A DNA stretch of 64,000 nt, from contig JAYFOQ010000014.1 in NCBI GenBank assembly GCA_034932485.1, positions 33,467-97,466 of the forward strand, read 5' to 3'. Every line of letters starts with the position of its first letter. Positions within the stretch are counted from its first letter, which is position 1. Made by a program: the position numbers and the translations under genes. The notes under the pieces are model-generated. The model saw only the letters and a list, made by a program, of their open reading frames with translations. It did not search any database and was not told where the DNA came from. Positions 9,033 to 18,004 of this stretch are shown piece after piece. Source of the stretch: Gordonibacter sp. (GTDB lineage: Bacteria > Actinomycetota > Coriobacteriia > Coriobacteriales > Eggerthellaceae).

Positions 9033-10601
9033 ATGGGTTTTGTTAAGCAGCAGGGGGATGTCGATCGGGCTTTGCATACGACTTCGTTTGCCTCATTCAA
9101 AACGATTTTTCTGTCAGGATTTTCGCTGGCTTTTTTCGGCATAGGGCTTATGCGTCTGTGGTACCAGTTCAACTTTTATAACTTGCATTTTTCCGCTGAT
9201 TATGGCCATGTTACCGTTGGGGCTAATATTGCTCGAGTGGCGGTTATCGCGCTGTTGGTCTTTCTCTCCTACCGTACCGGATTCTCGCATGCTTCGAAAG
9301 CTTTCTTCGTCTGGTCTGGCCTGATACTCATGACGCTATCGGGACTGCTTTACTTAGTTGATCTCTTTTTTGACACCACGACGTTTGAGGCTCCTCGGTT
9401 TATCATTGGTGGAGTGGGTCTGGTTGGAGGGGAGATTATCTGGGTGTTCTTCTTGCAGCGTCTTAAACCTGCAGAGGCTTTCTTTTATGCGGCGGGAGGT
9501 TTGGCTCTTTCCTGTTTACTCTCCTTGGTCGCCGGATATTTATCTCATGAAGTATTCGGACTGCTCAACCTATTCATCCCGGCACTTTCGGTGTTTGCTT
9601 ACTGGCGTGCGATGGATCTTGTTGACAAAGGGAAGAACCCTTCGGGACGTATGGCTCGACAGGTGGCCGCACTTTCTTCTCGTGGTGTCGATCTGGCGGT
9701 TTCGCAAAGTCGTGACGAAGAAAAGATTGATGCGCTGTATAGTACTCAACTTCGCGGCTATCTTCTTTCCGTCATTGGAGCCTTTTTCCTTTACGCTCTA
9801 CTGATTGGTATGACGCAGGGCTACCCTGATGGACGCATCCGTGAGTTATCCCAAACTGTGCGTACCATTCATCAGGTTTTGGTCATTTTAGTCATTGGGG
9901 TGACGGTGTGGTGGGTCTTGGTGCGTGGTCGCGGTTTTAGCTTGCCGGGCTTCTGGTTTTTTGTGAACTTTCTCATGATTATGAGCATTACATTTCTCAT
10001 GGGTGGGTGGTCGGGTTCGGAGGAGATAGCCACTTTCTTTTCCACCAATGCCATCACGTGTTTTTATATACCGCTGGTCTTCTTCATCTACCTAATAGGT
10101 CGTCATTCTGCTAAGCAAACTGTATTAGTTTATGGTTTTGTTTACGGAGGGGCGCTGCTCTCTATGAGCATCGGTCGTATCTTGGTTCATCAGGTCGGTC
10201 CGTATCTTAACCATGGAATATGGTTGCTTATTTGTATGGCGTTCGTTGCGTTGATTGAGATGGTGATTGTGGTGTACCCTCGACCGGGCGTGCATTACCC
10301 ACTTGGATTCGAGTTGGCGGCAATGTCGTCACAGGATGTTTCGATGGGTATCCCTGCTTTAGATAAGTTGCCTGTTGAGCGCGATCATCTGGCGGTGTTT
10401 GCTGAGGTATTTCAACTTACCGTTACTGAAAAAGAAATTGCGCGTTTGATTGCTCAAGGAAGAAGCCGCACGGTTATTGCTGAAACGCTCAATTATTCCG
10501 AGAATACGGTGCGCAACTATACGCGCATTCTCTACCGCAAGGTAGACGTGCATACCAAGCAAGAACTACTCGACTGCATGGAAACAGTCGAAGCTTCTTA
10601 G
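9033..10601 (+). CDS. Multi-pass (about 12 TM) membrane LuxR-family transcriptional regulator, Coriobacteriia type
   Basis: Long hydrophobic N-terminal region; C-terminal HTH LTVTEKEIARLIAQGRS...TVRNYTRILYRKVDV; extended -10 TGGTATACT and SD AGGAGG upstream. Confidence 0.92.
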   Translation: MGFVKQQGDVDRALHTTSFASFKTIFLSGFSLAFFGIGLMRLWYQFNFYNLHFSADYGHVTVGANIARVAVIALLVFLSYRTGFSHASKAFFVWSGLILMTLSGLLYLVDLFFDTTTFEAPRFIIGGVGLVGGEIIWVFFLQRLKPAEAFFYAAGGLALSCLLSLVAGYLSHEVFGLLNLFIPALSVFAYWRAMDLVDKGKNPSGRMARQVAALSSRGVDLAVSQSRDEEKIDALYSTQLRGYLLSVIGAFFLYALLIGMTQGYPDGRIRELSQTVRTIHQVLVILVIGVTVWWVLVRGRGFSLPGFWFFVNFLMIMSITFLMGGWSGSEEIATFFSTNAITCFYIPLVFFIYLIGRHSAKQTVLVYGFVYGGALLSMSIGRILVHQVGPYLNHGIWLLICMAFVALIEMVIVVYPRPGVHYPLGFELAAMSSQDVSMGIPALDKLPVERDHLAVFAEVFQLTVTEKEIARLIAQGRSRTVIAETLNYSENTVRNYTRILYRKVDVHTKQELLDCMETVEAS

Positions 10602-10614
10602 GAGGATATTTGGT

Positions 10615-10648
10615 AAAAAAGAGCCAGCCCATTTTCGGGTTGGCTCTT
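10615..10648. terminator. Terminator between the convergent LuxR and flavocytochrome genes
   Basis: GAGCCAGCCC / GGGTTGGCTC stem with an A6 run on the left. Confidence 0.75.
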
Positions 10649-10706
10649 CCGCTTTTACAGGGAGGATGCTGCAGTGGTAGATACTACAACGTGGTTGTGC
10701 GAACTT

Positions 10707-12542
10707 CTAGGCTTTTGCGTTGACTACTGCCTGTGTGCCTGCAACACGACCGAAGGTCATGCAGTCAGCGATGGCGTTTCCGCCTAGGCGGTTGCTGCCG
10801 TGGATGCCACCCGTGCATTCGCCGCACGCGTAGAGGTTCTTAATGGGCTCACCTGATGAGTTAAGTGCCTGGCAGCTCGCATTAATACGAATGCCTCCCA
10901 TGGTGTGGTGTACGGTTGGAACCTTGCGACATGCGTACCACGGACCTTCTGTCATTTGCTTATCGGTAGTATTGCCAGCTTTAAAACCGAACTCATCCTC
11001 AGCTTCTCCTGCTACAACGGCGTTATAGGTATCGATGGCTTTCTGCAAGTTTGCGGCATCCATCTCGGTTGCTTTCGCCAATTCCTCTATGGTGTTGCCG
11101 GTTACAATGTGCTTCAGTGCTAGCATGTTTTCAATAGTGGAGCCGTTCCCGTCGGGTTCGGTGGTGGAGGGATAGCGCAGCTTGTTCACTACGATCCAGT
11201 ATGTTGAATCTGGCTGGGAGAAGATAGCCTGGCATAATTTGTCGCGCTCGGCGCCTTCGTTGACGAATCGGTTGCCCTGCTTGTTTACAAAGATGCGGTT
11301 GCGTCCCGAGGTGCGGATATCCTCCATGAGGCCCGTCCCTGGTGTACCGCAGGGGTGAAGCTGGATATCAGAGAGACCGATGAGTTCGACACCCGCCTTC
11401 TCGGCAAGGCCGAGGCCCTCGCCCTGCGCGCATGGCTTGATGTTGGTGCAGCCAATGGTGTCGTCAAGCTTAACGCTGGACCAAACTCCAGTGTTAACTT
11501 TCTGACGATACTCGACATTTGCACCGAAGCCGCCTGTGGCGATGATGATCGATTTCGCGTTTATCACTACGTCCTGTTTATCTCGATAACTGGCAGTCAC
11601 ACCCGAAATGATCTTGTTGGCATCTAGGTTGAGCGCGGTAGCTCTCATTTCGTGCAGCAGTGTGACGGAATCGACGTTGTCCTTCACGAAGTTCTGAAAC
11701 GAGCGGATGTAGGTGTTGCCTGAAGGTGTCGCTGGATAGTGGCTGCGTTGGCCCAATGAACCGGTAGCTGAGCCACACTCGTCCTTGAATTTGACACCGA
11801 GAGACTCCAACCAATGCACGGAGTCGAGGGCATTGTCGGTCAGGTAATGGACAAGGGTCGGGTCGCCGAGGTTGTGTCCACCCTCCATGGTGGAGTTGTA
11901 AAACGTTTCAATGGAGTCTTCAATGCCTTGTTTCTGCTGGCGCTCGGGGTCGACGGCGTTGAGTGCGCCCTCGGATACGTTGGTCGATCCTCCTGCGATG
12001 CCGCACTTCTCAAGGATGATCACCTTTGCGCCAGACTGTGCAGCGGAAATGGCTGCTGCGAGGCCTGAACCGCCGCCGCCAATGACGCAGACATCGGCTG
12101 TGTACTCCGCCTCGACAGTCTCTTCGGGGGCTGGTGAGGCTTTCAGATCTTTCAAGGCATCTGCCTGTTTAGCGCAATCCTCGAGGCCTTGGGTGAAGGC
12201 CATGCTCGACATGGTGGCACCCGTTACCGTATCGTATTGCAGTGTCTGGAATTCCATCGCTTTTGCTGATAGATCTTCGAGCGCAAAGGCACCCACGCCG
12301 AGCGATTCCTGCGCTGTGGCGGTATCGATGGCGGTTATGGCGTTCTCGGAGAATGTCACATTCATGGTAAACGGCGCGTTGTGCCCTACAACGTCGGCGC
12401 TGAAAGTGCCCGTTTTCCAGCTTGCTGCAGCTTGCTGCTGGGCCTGTGGTCCGCAGCCGGTCAGACTGAATCCGAGCAGTCCCCCAACACCTAAGATCGC
12501 GGCTCCCTGTACGAACGTCCTACGGCTTATCTGCTGTGCCAT
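10707..12542 (-). CDS. Tat-exported lipoprotein flavocytochrome c (fumarate-reductase-family flavin reductase with FMN-binding domain), substrate unknown
   Basis: SRRTFV twin-arginine motif and LTGC lipobox; DTVTGAT flavinylation motif; GGGGSG FAD motif; QLHP, ERD, HHTMGG and HGSNRLGGN; SD AGGAGG. Confidence 0.92.
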   Translation of the reverse strand: MAQQISRRTFVQGAAILGVGGLLGFSLTGCGPQAQQQAAASWKTGTFSADVVGHNAPFTMNVTFSENAITAIDTATAQESLGVGAFALEDLSAKAMEFQTLQYDTVTGATMSSMAFTQGLEDCAKQADALKDLKASPAPEETVEAEYTADVCVIGGGGSGLAAAISAAQSGAKVIILEKCGIAGGSTNVSEGALNAVDPERQQKQGIEDSIETFYNSTMEGGHNLGDPTLVHYLTDNALDSVHWLESLGVKFKDECGSATGSLGQRSHYPATPSGNTYIRSFQNFVKDNVDSVTLLHEMRATALNLDANKIISGVTASYRDKQDVVINAKSIIIATGGFGANVEYRQKVNTGVWSSVKLDDTIGCTNIKPCAQGEGLGLAEKAGVELIGLSDIQLHPCGTPGTGLMEDIRTSGRNRIFVNKQGNRFVNEGAERDKLCQAIFSQPDSTYWIVVNKLRYPSTTEPDGNGSTIENMLALKHIVTGNTIEELAKATEMDAANLQKAIDTYNAVVAGEAEDEFGFKAGNTTDKQMTEGPWYACRKVPTVHHTMGGIRINASCQALNSSGEPIKNLYACGECTGGIHGSNRLGGNAIADCMTFGRVAGTQAVVNAKA

Positions 12543-12755
12543 GTTCCCTCCTTCTGCCCGCTTTCCAACGGGACCTTGCGTGGCACCCGGGTCTTTCGGG
12601 TTAAGGAGAACTATAAGCAGGAAGAGGTGTCCGACCTAGGCGCAAAAAGTATCTAACTGTGTCCAAAAGGTACTTTTTATTCCTCGGCGTCGCTTGGGAG
12701 CATGATTGTCTGATATTTGTATTGAGAGACATGCAGAAGTGAATGTGCCAGATTC

Positions 12756-12843
12756 TGGCGGAGGAAGTAGGATTTGAACCCACGGACGCGTGAACGTCAA
12801 CAGTTTTCAAGACTGCCGCCTTCAACCACTCGGCCATTCCTCC
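12756..12843 (-). tRNA. tRNA-Ser(TGA)
   Basis: Reverse complement GGAGGAATGGCCGAGTGG...GCAGT-CT-TGA-AA-ACTGT...GGTTCAAATCC...TCCGCCA; long variable arm; CCA encoded. Confidence 0.97.
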
Positions 12844-13168
12844 GCGTTTTAACCGCGCTTCTTGTTGAGCTCTCGTATGGAAGAGTGTTGCGTCGCTTGC
12901 TTATGAGCGAATGCAACACTTTGCTGTCAGAAGCATCCCAACAAAGCGTGGAATCAGGATAGCATATTCGCGGTTTTGACCCAACGAAAAAGATGTATCC
13001 GTAAAGTGAAGTTGCTAAGCGGGGGGTAGAAGTGGCAAAGAAGAGACTCTTCTATCCTTTGACTTTTCCTTGGTCGTTTCTATTTCGCGCTGTTGAATAT
13101 GACTTTCTCTACACGCATATCTCGTGTTGCTTATAAACGATAGCAAGCCATCGCCTATAATGATCTTT

Positions 13169-13660
13169 ATGAACGACGAAGATTATATGCGTTTAGCATT
13201 GGCGGAGGCGCGACGAGCAGCCGAGCTGGGAGAGGTTCCCATCGGGGCTGTGGTCGTGTACGAGCCTATTGATCCTGCCACCCGACGTCCGATGGCCGAC
13301 CCCTGTGTTATTGCGCAAGCCTGTAATTTACGAGAGACGACGCGCGATCCTGCGGGTCATGCGGAGTTTCTTGCTATGCGGCAAGCTGCGGTCGAACTAG
13401 ACGCTTGGCGACTGACGGGATGTAGCGTGTATGTGACGCTGGAGCCATGCATTATGTGTGCAGGCCTTATGCATCAAGCGCGTATTGACCGCTGTGTATA
13501 TGGTGCCGCCGATCCGAAAGCTGGTGCTCTTGGTACGCTCTATCGCATCAATGAGGACAAACGCCTCAATCATTCATTCGAGGTAGCGTCGGGCGTTTTG
13601 GGTGACGAGTGTTCTATGCTGCTGCGCGATTTTTTCGCGCGTAAGCGTAAGAAAAAGTAA
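13169..13660 (+). CDS. tadA: tRNA adenosine(34) deaminase
   Basis: HAE and PCIMC zinc motifs, EVPIGA; ATG 13169 lies 7 nt after TATAAT (leaderless start). Confidence 0.93.
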   Translation: MNDEDYMRLALAEARRAAELGEVPIGAVVVYEPIDPATRRPMADPCVIAQACNLRETTRDPAGHAEFLAMRQAAVELDAWRLTGCSVYVTLEPCIMCAGLMHQARIDRCVYGAADPKAGALGTLYRINEDKRLNHSFEVASGVLGDECSMLLRDFFARKRKKK

Positions 13661-13669
13661 GGGAGATTT

Positions 13670-14671
13670 ATGGTGGCGGCGAGAGTAGAACATAAGATCG
13701 ATCTTTTTGCTGAAGCACGGTCGACACAGATGAACGATCAGTTGGCGCGAACCACTCCCGGCATGGTAAAAGTGGTTGCACCAGCCAAAGTGAACCTGTT
13801 CTTAGGCGTTGGTGCCCGTCGCAACGACGGTTATCATGCTGCGATGAATATTATGCATGCGGTAAATTTGCACGATGTGCTCTATATGCAATTGAAACCC
13901 GGAGCCGACGATGCAACAGGGCTAACCGTGCGAGTAAGTATGTCGTCGCGCGAGGGAATTGCCCCCCTAGCGTTACCCTCTCAAGATAATCTTGTTCATA
14001 GGGCTATCGTACAGTTAGCTCAACGGTTGGGCCGCACTCAGCATGAAGCAATTGAGGTGCATCTGGAAAAGCATATTCCAGCCCAGGCTGGTCTAGGGGG
14101 TGGATCATCGGATGCGGCAGCTGCGTTGGTGGGTGCCGCCTCTTTGTGGGGGATTGCCCCGGACGATCCAGTACTTGAAGAAACAGCCCGTAGCCTCGGT
14201 AGCGACGTGGCGTTCTTCCTCTATGGAGGATGCGCTCGCTTCGGTGGCGCAGGTGAGGTGTTTGAATGCTCTTTAGCGCCGATGAAGAAGCAGCTTGTGC
14301 TTATTAAGCCTGATTCGGGTGTGTCAACCGCTGCTGCTTATTGCGCATTTGATGAGTGTTCTCATTCTATTTCCACCGTTCTTGAACAGAAGGCGCTTCA
14401 GGCAAGGCAGGCACAGGAGGTGCCGCTGTTTAACAATCTGGCCCCCGCAGCCGAGCAGCTTTTGCCGGTGTTGGCTGACATACGCGTGTGGGCCGGTGCT
14501 CAACTGGGAGTTGAGAGTGTTTTGCTTTGTGGCAGTGGGTCCACTACGTTTGTGGTATGCAGCGACTTTGACGCCGCTTGTCGCTTGTCTGCCGCGGCGC
14601 GACAGCAGGGATGGTGGGCTCGTACGACTGCGTTTGGTTCTGCAAAGGCGACGGTAATTCCGCGTATGTAG
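13670..14671 (+). CDS. ispE: 4-diphosphocytidyl-2-C-methyl-D-erythritol kinase
   Basis: APAKVNLFL, KHIPAQAGLGGGSSDAAA, LGSDVAFF, GSGST. Confidence 0.93.
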   Translation: MVAARVEHKIDLFAEARSTQMNDQLARTTPGMVKVVAPAKVNLFLGVGARRNDGYHAAMNIMHAVNLHDVLYMQLKPGADDATGLTVRVSMSSREGIAPLALPSQDNLVHRAIVQLAQRLGRTQHEAIEVHLEKHIPAQAGLGGGSSDAAAALVGAASLWGIAPDDPVLEETARSLGSDVAFFLYGGCARFGGAGEVFECSLAPMKKQLVLIKPDSGVSTAAAYCAFDECSHSISTVLEQKALQARQAQEVPLFNNLAPAAEQLLPVLADIRVWAGAQLGVESVLLCGSGSTTFVVCSDFDAACRLSAAARQQGWWARTTAFGSAKATVIPRM

Positions 14672-14782
14672 AGAACTTCTTATTCCGACTGCTATTTTCG
14701 ATTATAGAAACTTGTTACCAAGGGTGTTTCCCACGTTATGCGGTGCGATGGTAGAATAGATTAAACCGAGCAAAGGAGAACT

Positions 14783-15337
14783 ATGAATATCGCTCTCATT
14801 ATTGTATTAGTCATCGTGGTCGTGCTGGTTGTGGCGGCCATTAGCCTGTACAACAACCTTGTTAAACTTCGCAACATGGTGGATAACGCTTGGGCGCAAA
14901 TTGATGTGCAGTTGCAGCGCCGCCTTGACCTTATCCCGAATCTCGTGGAAACCGTAAAAGGTTATGCCTCCCACGAAAGCGGAACGCTGGAGGCTGTGAC
15001 TCAGGCCCGCTCCGCTGTAATGAACGCCTCAACCCCTGAGGATAAGATGGCGGCCGACAATATTTTGACGGGTACGTTAAAAAGTTTGTTCGCAGTTTCA
15101 GAGGCCTATCCTGATTTGAAGGCCAACACGAATTTTCAACAGTTGCAGACCGAGCTGTCGAATACTGAGGATAAAATTAGCTATATGCGCCAGAGTTACA
15201 ACGACATGGTTATGAAGTTTAATACTGCAATTCAGACGTTCCCGGCAGTTCTGTTCGCGGGCGCAATGGGATTTAAGCAGCGCGAAAGCTTTGATGCAGC
15301 AGCGGGAGCCGAAACTGCACCCAAGGTTCAGTTCTAA
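14783..15337 (+). CDS. lemA: LemA family protein
   Basis: N-terminal TM; YNNLV, AWAQIDVQLQRRLDLIPNLVETVKGYA, EAYPDLKAN; SD AAGGAG. Confidence 0.95.
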   Translation: MNIALIIVLVIVVVLVVAAISLYNNLVKLRNMVDNAWAQIDVQLQRRLDLIPNLVETVKGYASHESGTLEAVTQARSAVMNASTPEDKMAADNILTGTLKSLFAVSEAYPDLKANTNFQQLQTELSNTEDKISYMRQSYNDMVMKFNTAIQTFPAVLFAGAMGFKQRESFDAAAGAETAPKVQF

Positions 15338-15351
15338 CGCATATCAATACA

Positions 15352-15400
15352 AACTATCGCGATTGTCCTTTTGGCAGATTTGCCGGCAATCGCGATAGTT
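15352..15400. terminator. Long hairpin after lemA (terminator or mRNA stabiliser)
   Basis: 14-bp perfect IR AACTATCGCGATTG / CAATCGCGATAGTT with an inner GGCA/TGCC stem. Confidence 0.6.
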
Positions 15401-15443
15401 CTACTGTGGGCCAATCGGACAAGGCGGCGAAAGGAGAAAGCCG

Positions 15444-15821
15444 ATGGTAGCGAGGCTCTCCCGTATCGTACCTTTACTGATCGTACTTGCGGTTATTGCT
15501 GGTATTGTGTACTTGATTGCAGCGTGGCGTTATTCGCCTAATCGCGCTAAAGGGATACTCATTAAGCTGTTTACGGTGTTGACGGGCGCAATTTCGGTAT
15601 TCTTTGCGTTGGCAAGCGTCTATGCGCTTATCGAGCGCAACATGGCGGTGCTCGAACTAACGTCAACTTTTTTGGGTGCAGCATTGATTGGTTTGATGGT
15701 AACGCGCATTTGTCGGGCTGTGTTTGTGAGGAATCATCCTCAGTACAAGCGTAAACCGATGAAAACGACGCCGGTTGATAATCGTCCAAGACGGCCCTTT
15801 ACTCCACCATGGAAACGATAG
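15444..15821 (+). CDS. Hypothetical 3-TM membrane protein
   Basis: SD AAGGAG; three hydrophobic segments and a basic Pro-rich tail. Confidence 0.8.
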   Translation: MVARLSRIVPLLIVLAVIAGIVYLIAAWRYSPNRAKGILIKLFTVLTGAISVFFALASVYALIERNMAVLELTSTFLGAALIGLMVTRICRAVFVRNHPQYKRKPMKTTPVDNRPRRPFTPPWKR

Positions 15822-15833
15822 TGAAAGTGGTTT

Positions 15834-15866
15834 AAAAAGAACCGGCCCGTAAAGGCCGGTTCTTTT
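15834..15866. terminator. Bidirectional intrinsic terminator
   Basis: AAAAGAACCGGCC / GGCCGGTTCTTTT between convergent genes. Confidence 0.85.
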
Positions 15867-15900
15867 AAGGAGGGGCAGTGCGCTAACCGTGGAGGATCGG

Positions 15901-17715
15901 TTAGGCGATAAAATCGGCAGCGTTGTTGCCTGCTACACGGCCGAAGGTATAGATATCGGCCATCGAGGTGGAGCCGAGGCGGTTCGTTCCCATCTTGTGT
16001 CCAGCCACCTCACCTGCGGCGAATAGTCCGGGAATGGGCGTGTCGGAAGTATCGAGTACCTCGGCGGCTGGGTTGATGTGTAGGCCTCCCATGGTGTAGT
16101 GTACGGCGGGTTTGTATACGACTACATAGTAGGGTGGCGTATTGATTTTGGACATCTTGCCACGGTAGTTGAATTCAGGATCTTTTCCTGTGTCAACATA
16201 GCTGTTCCACGTGTCGATGGTTGTTTTGAGGGCTGTGGCGTCGATACCGAATGGTTCGCAAACCTCTTCGATAGTATCGGCTTTCACGCAAAGGTTGCGT
16301 GATGTAAGGTTCTCAAATTCGTCGGCATGAATATCTACAACTTTTGTGTCGTCGGCGGCCTTTTGATCCCATATTTCGTATGCAACCTGGCCAGTCTGCG
16401 CGAGAATGGCCTTCGAAAGTACATCGCGGCGACCGAGTTCCTCCACGAAGCGCTTACCTTCTTTGTTGAACATGACTGTGCGTTCGTCTAGTCGCATATC
16501 GTCTAAATAAATAAGAGCTCCCGTGTCTACGTCGCAAATAGGATAGGTTTGAATAAGGTCCATATCAATAAGATTGGCACCGATCTTCGAAGCCATGTCG
16601 AGACCATCGCCTTGGGCCCCTACCGAATCGGTTGAATTGAACTGGTCGCCAAAGTTCGGGTTTGCTTTGGCGCGCATTTCGACGTTTGCGCCAAATCCTC
16701 CGCAGGCCATTACGACGGCCTTGCACGTGAACGATAGGTCATCGCCCGTTGTGGTATTAGTAGCTTTGACACCACTGATGCGACCATCCGTGCCCTTGAT
16801 TAACTCGGTTGCCTTGGTGTTGTCGATAAGAGTTATGTTGTCGATAGACTTTGCGCGGGTGGTAAGCTTGGTGGTCATGGCGTTGCCGATGTGCCCCGTA
16901 GGAATGATTGACCGTTTGACGGAATGTCCCCCAAAGAAGAGTAGGTCGTGTTCCCACGATACCCCTCCTTCAAAGGTGAGCCACTGCGCTGCATCGAATA
17001 CCCCGTTGGCTATAACGTTCACCAACTCCGGATCGCCTCGATAGTCACCACCCTTTAGCATGTCCTCGGCAAGTGTTGCCGGGGCATCTGCAATACCTGA
17101 ATTGTTCTGAACCCAGTTGTTGGGAACAGCCATTTCGCCACCAGAGAGGGCTGTTGAACCGCCGAACACCCCAAGCTTTTCCATAAGCAGAACTTTCTTA
17201 CCCTTGTTTGCGGCGCTGATGGCGGCCGTAAATCCGGCACCTCCTGTTCCGATAACAATAACATCGTACGTTGTCTCGAGGTTTTCTGGCGCAGGCTGTA
17301 CTGCCTTGTCGCGCTTCTTCCATTCTGATGACTTTTCGCCAGCAGCATCAAGCGCCTCGGATACGGCACCGAGAAAGGCCATGCTGGAGAGCGTGGCTCC
17401 TGTGACGGTATCTAGGTTGAGAGTTTGGTGGTCTACGATGAGCTTGGTAAGTTTATCCATGCTGGTGTCGCCTAGCCCAGAGGTTTCGCGTGATTCAAGT
17501 ACGTTAATGCGCTCTACCTTGCCACCATTGGAAACCACCTCCACCTGGATGCTGCCATGCTTGCCCATGCCGGTGCCCACGGTTGAGATGCTGGCATCGT
17601 TTGGCGCTTTTGATGTCGCCGCTTTGCCCGAAGGTGCGCATCCTGTAAGTGACAGGGCTCCTGCGGCTGTAGCAATGGCCGATCCCGTGAGAAACTGCCT
17701 ACGTGAAATACCCAT
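15901..17715 (-). CDS. Tat-exported lipoprotein flavocytochrome c, probable urocanate reductase (UrdA-like)
   Basis: Start MGISRRQF (SD AGGAGGA), LTGC lipobox, DTVTGAT; SGGE loop, QTYP, GRRD, HYTMGG, NRLG. Confidence 0.9.
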   Translation of the reverse strand: MGISRRQFLTGSAIATAAGALSLTGCAPSGKAATSKAPNDASISTVGTGMGKHGSIQVEVVSNGGKVERINVLESRETSGLGDTSMDKLTKLIVDHQTLNLDTVTGATLSSMAFLGAVSEALDAAGEKSSEWKKRDKAVQPAPENLETTYDVIVIGTGGAGFTAAISAANKGKKVLLMEKLGVFGGSTALSGGEMAVPNNWVQNNSGIADAPATLAEDMLKGGDYRGDPELVNVIANGVFDAAQWLTFEGGVSWEHDLLFFGGHSVKRSIIPTGHIGNAMTTKLTTRAKSIDNITLIDNTKATELIKGTDGRISGVKATNTTTGDDLSFTCKAVVMACGGFGANVEMRAKANPNFGDQFNSTDSVGAQGDGLDMASKIGANLIDMDLIQTYPICDVDTGALIYLDDMRLDERTVMFNKEGKRFVEELGRRDVLSKAILAQTGQVAYEIWDQKAADDTKVVDIHADEFENLTSRNLCVKADTIEEVCEPFGIDATALKTTIDTWNSYVDTGKDPEFNYRGKMSKINTPPYYVVVYKPAVHYTMGGLHINPAAEVLDTSDTPIPGLFAAGEVAGHKMGTNRLGSTSMADIYTFGRVAGNNAADFIA

Positions 17716-18004
17716 GACTTTCCTCCTTTTGTTGGATGTTCCCAGAGGCCTCCCTTGCCCACTGTCCGGTATTACGGTGGAGCCTCTTGTTGCGGTTCTG
17801 CCGCCGGAGGGGAACGGGCTCAACATAGCACCATCGTTTAAGAATGGAACTGTTTGGCGAGGTTAAACTTGTAACCCAGCCTTTAAAGTCCTTGGTTTGG
17901 GGTAGTGTTTGGGTCTATGATTACCATCAAGGCAAGGTGAGCCTACGGCGGCATCCGTGTCTAAGGGGAGGCTGAGAAGTAGGCAGGTTTAGGGGAGTGG
18001 GCCC

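Noticed and set aside
11911-12639. Long antisense ORFs (also 17117-17866, 39213-39860, 44045-44722, 45141-45779, 53334-53936)
   Set aside because: Shadow frames of well-supported genes on the opposite strand; no motifs or SD
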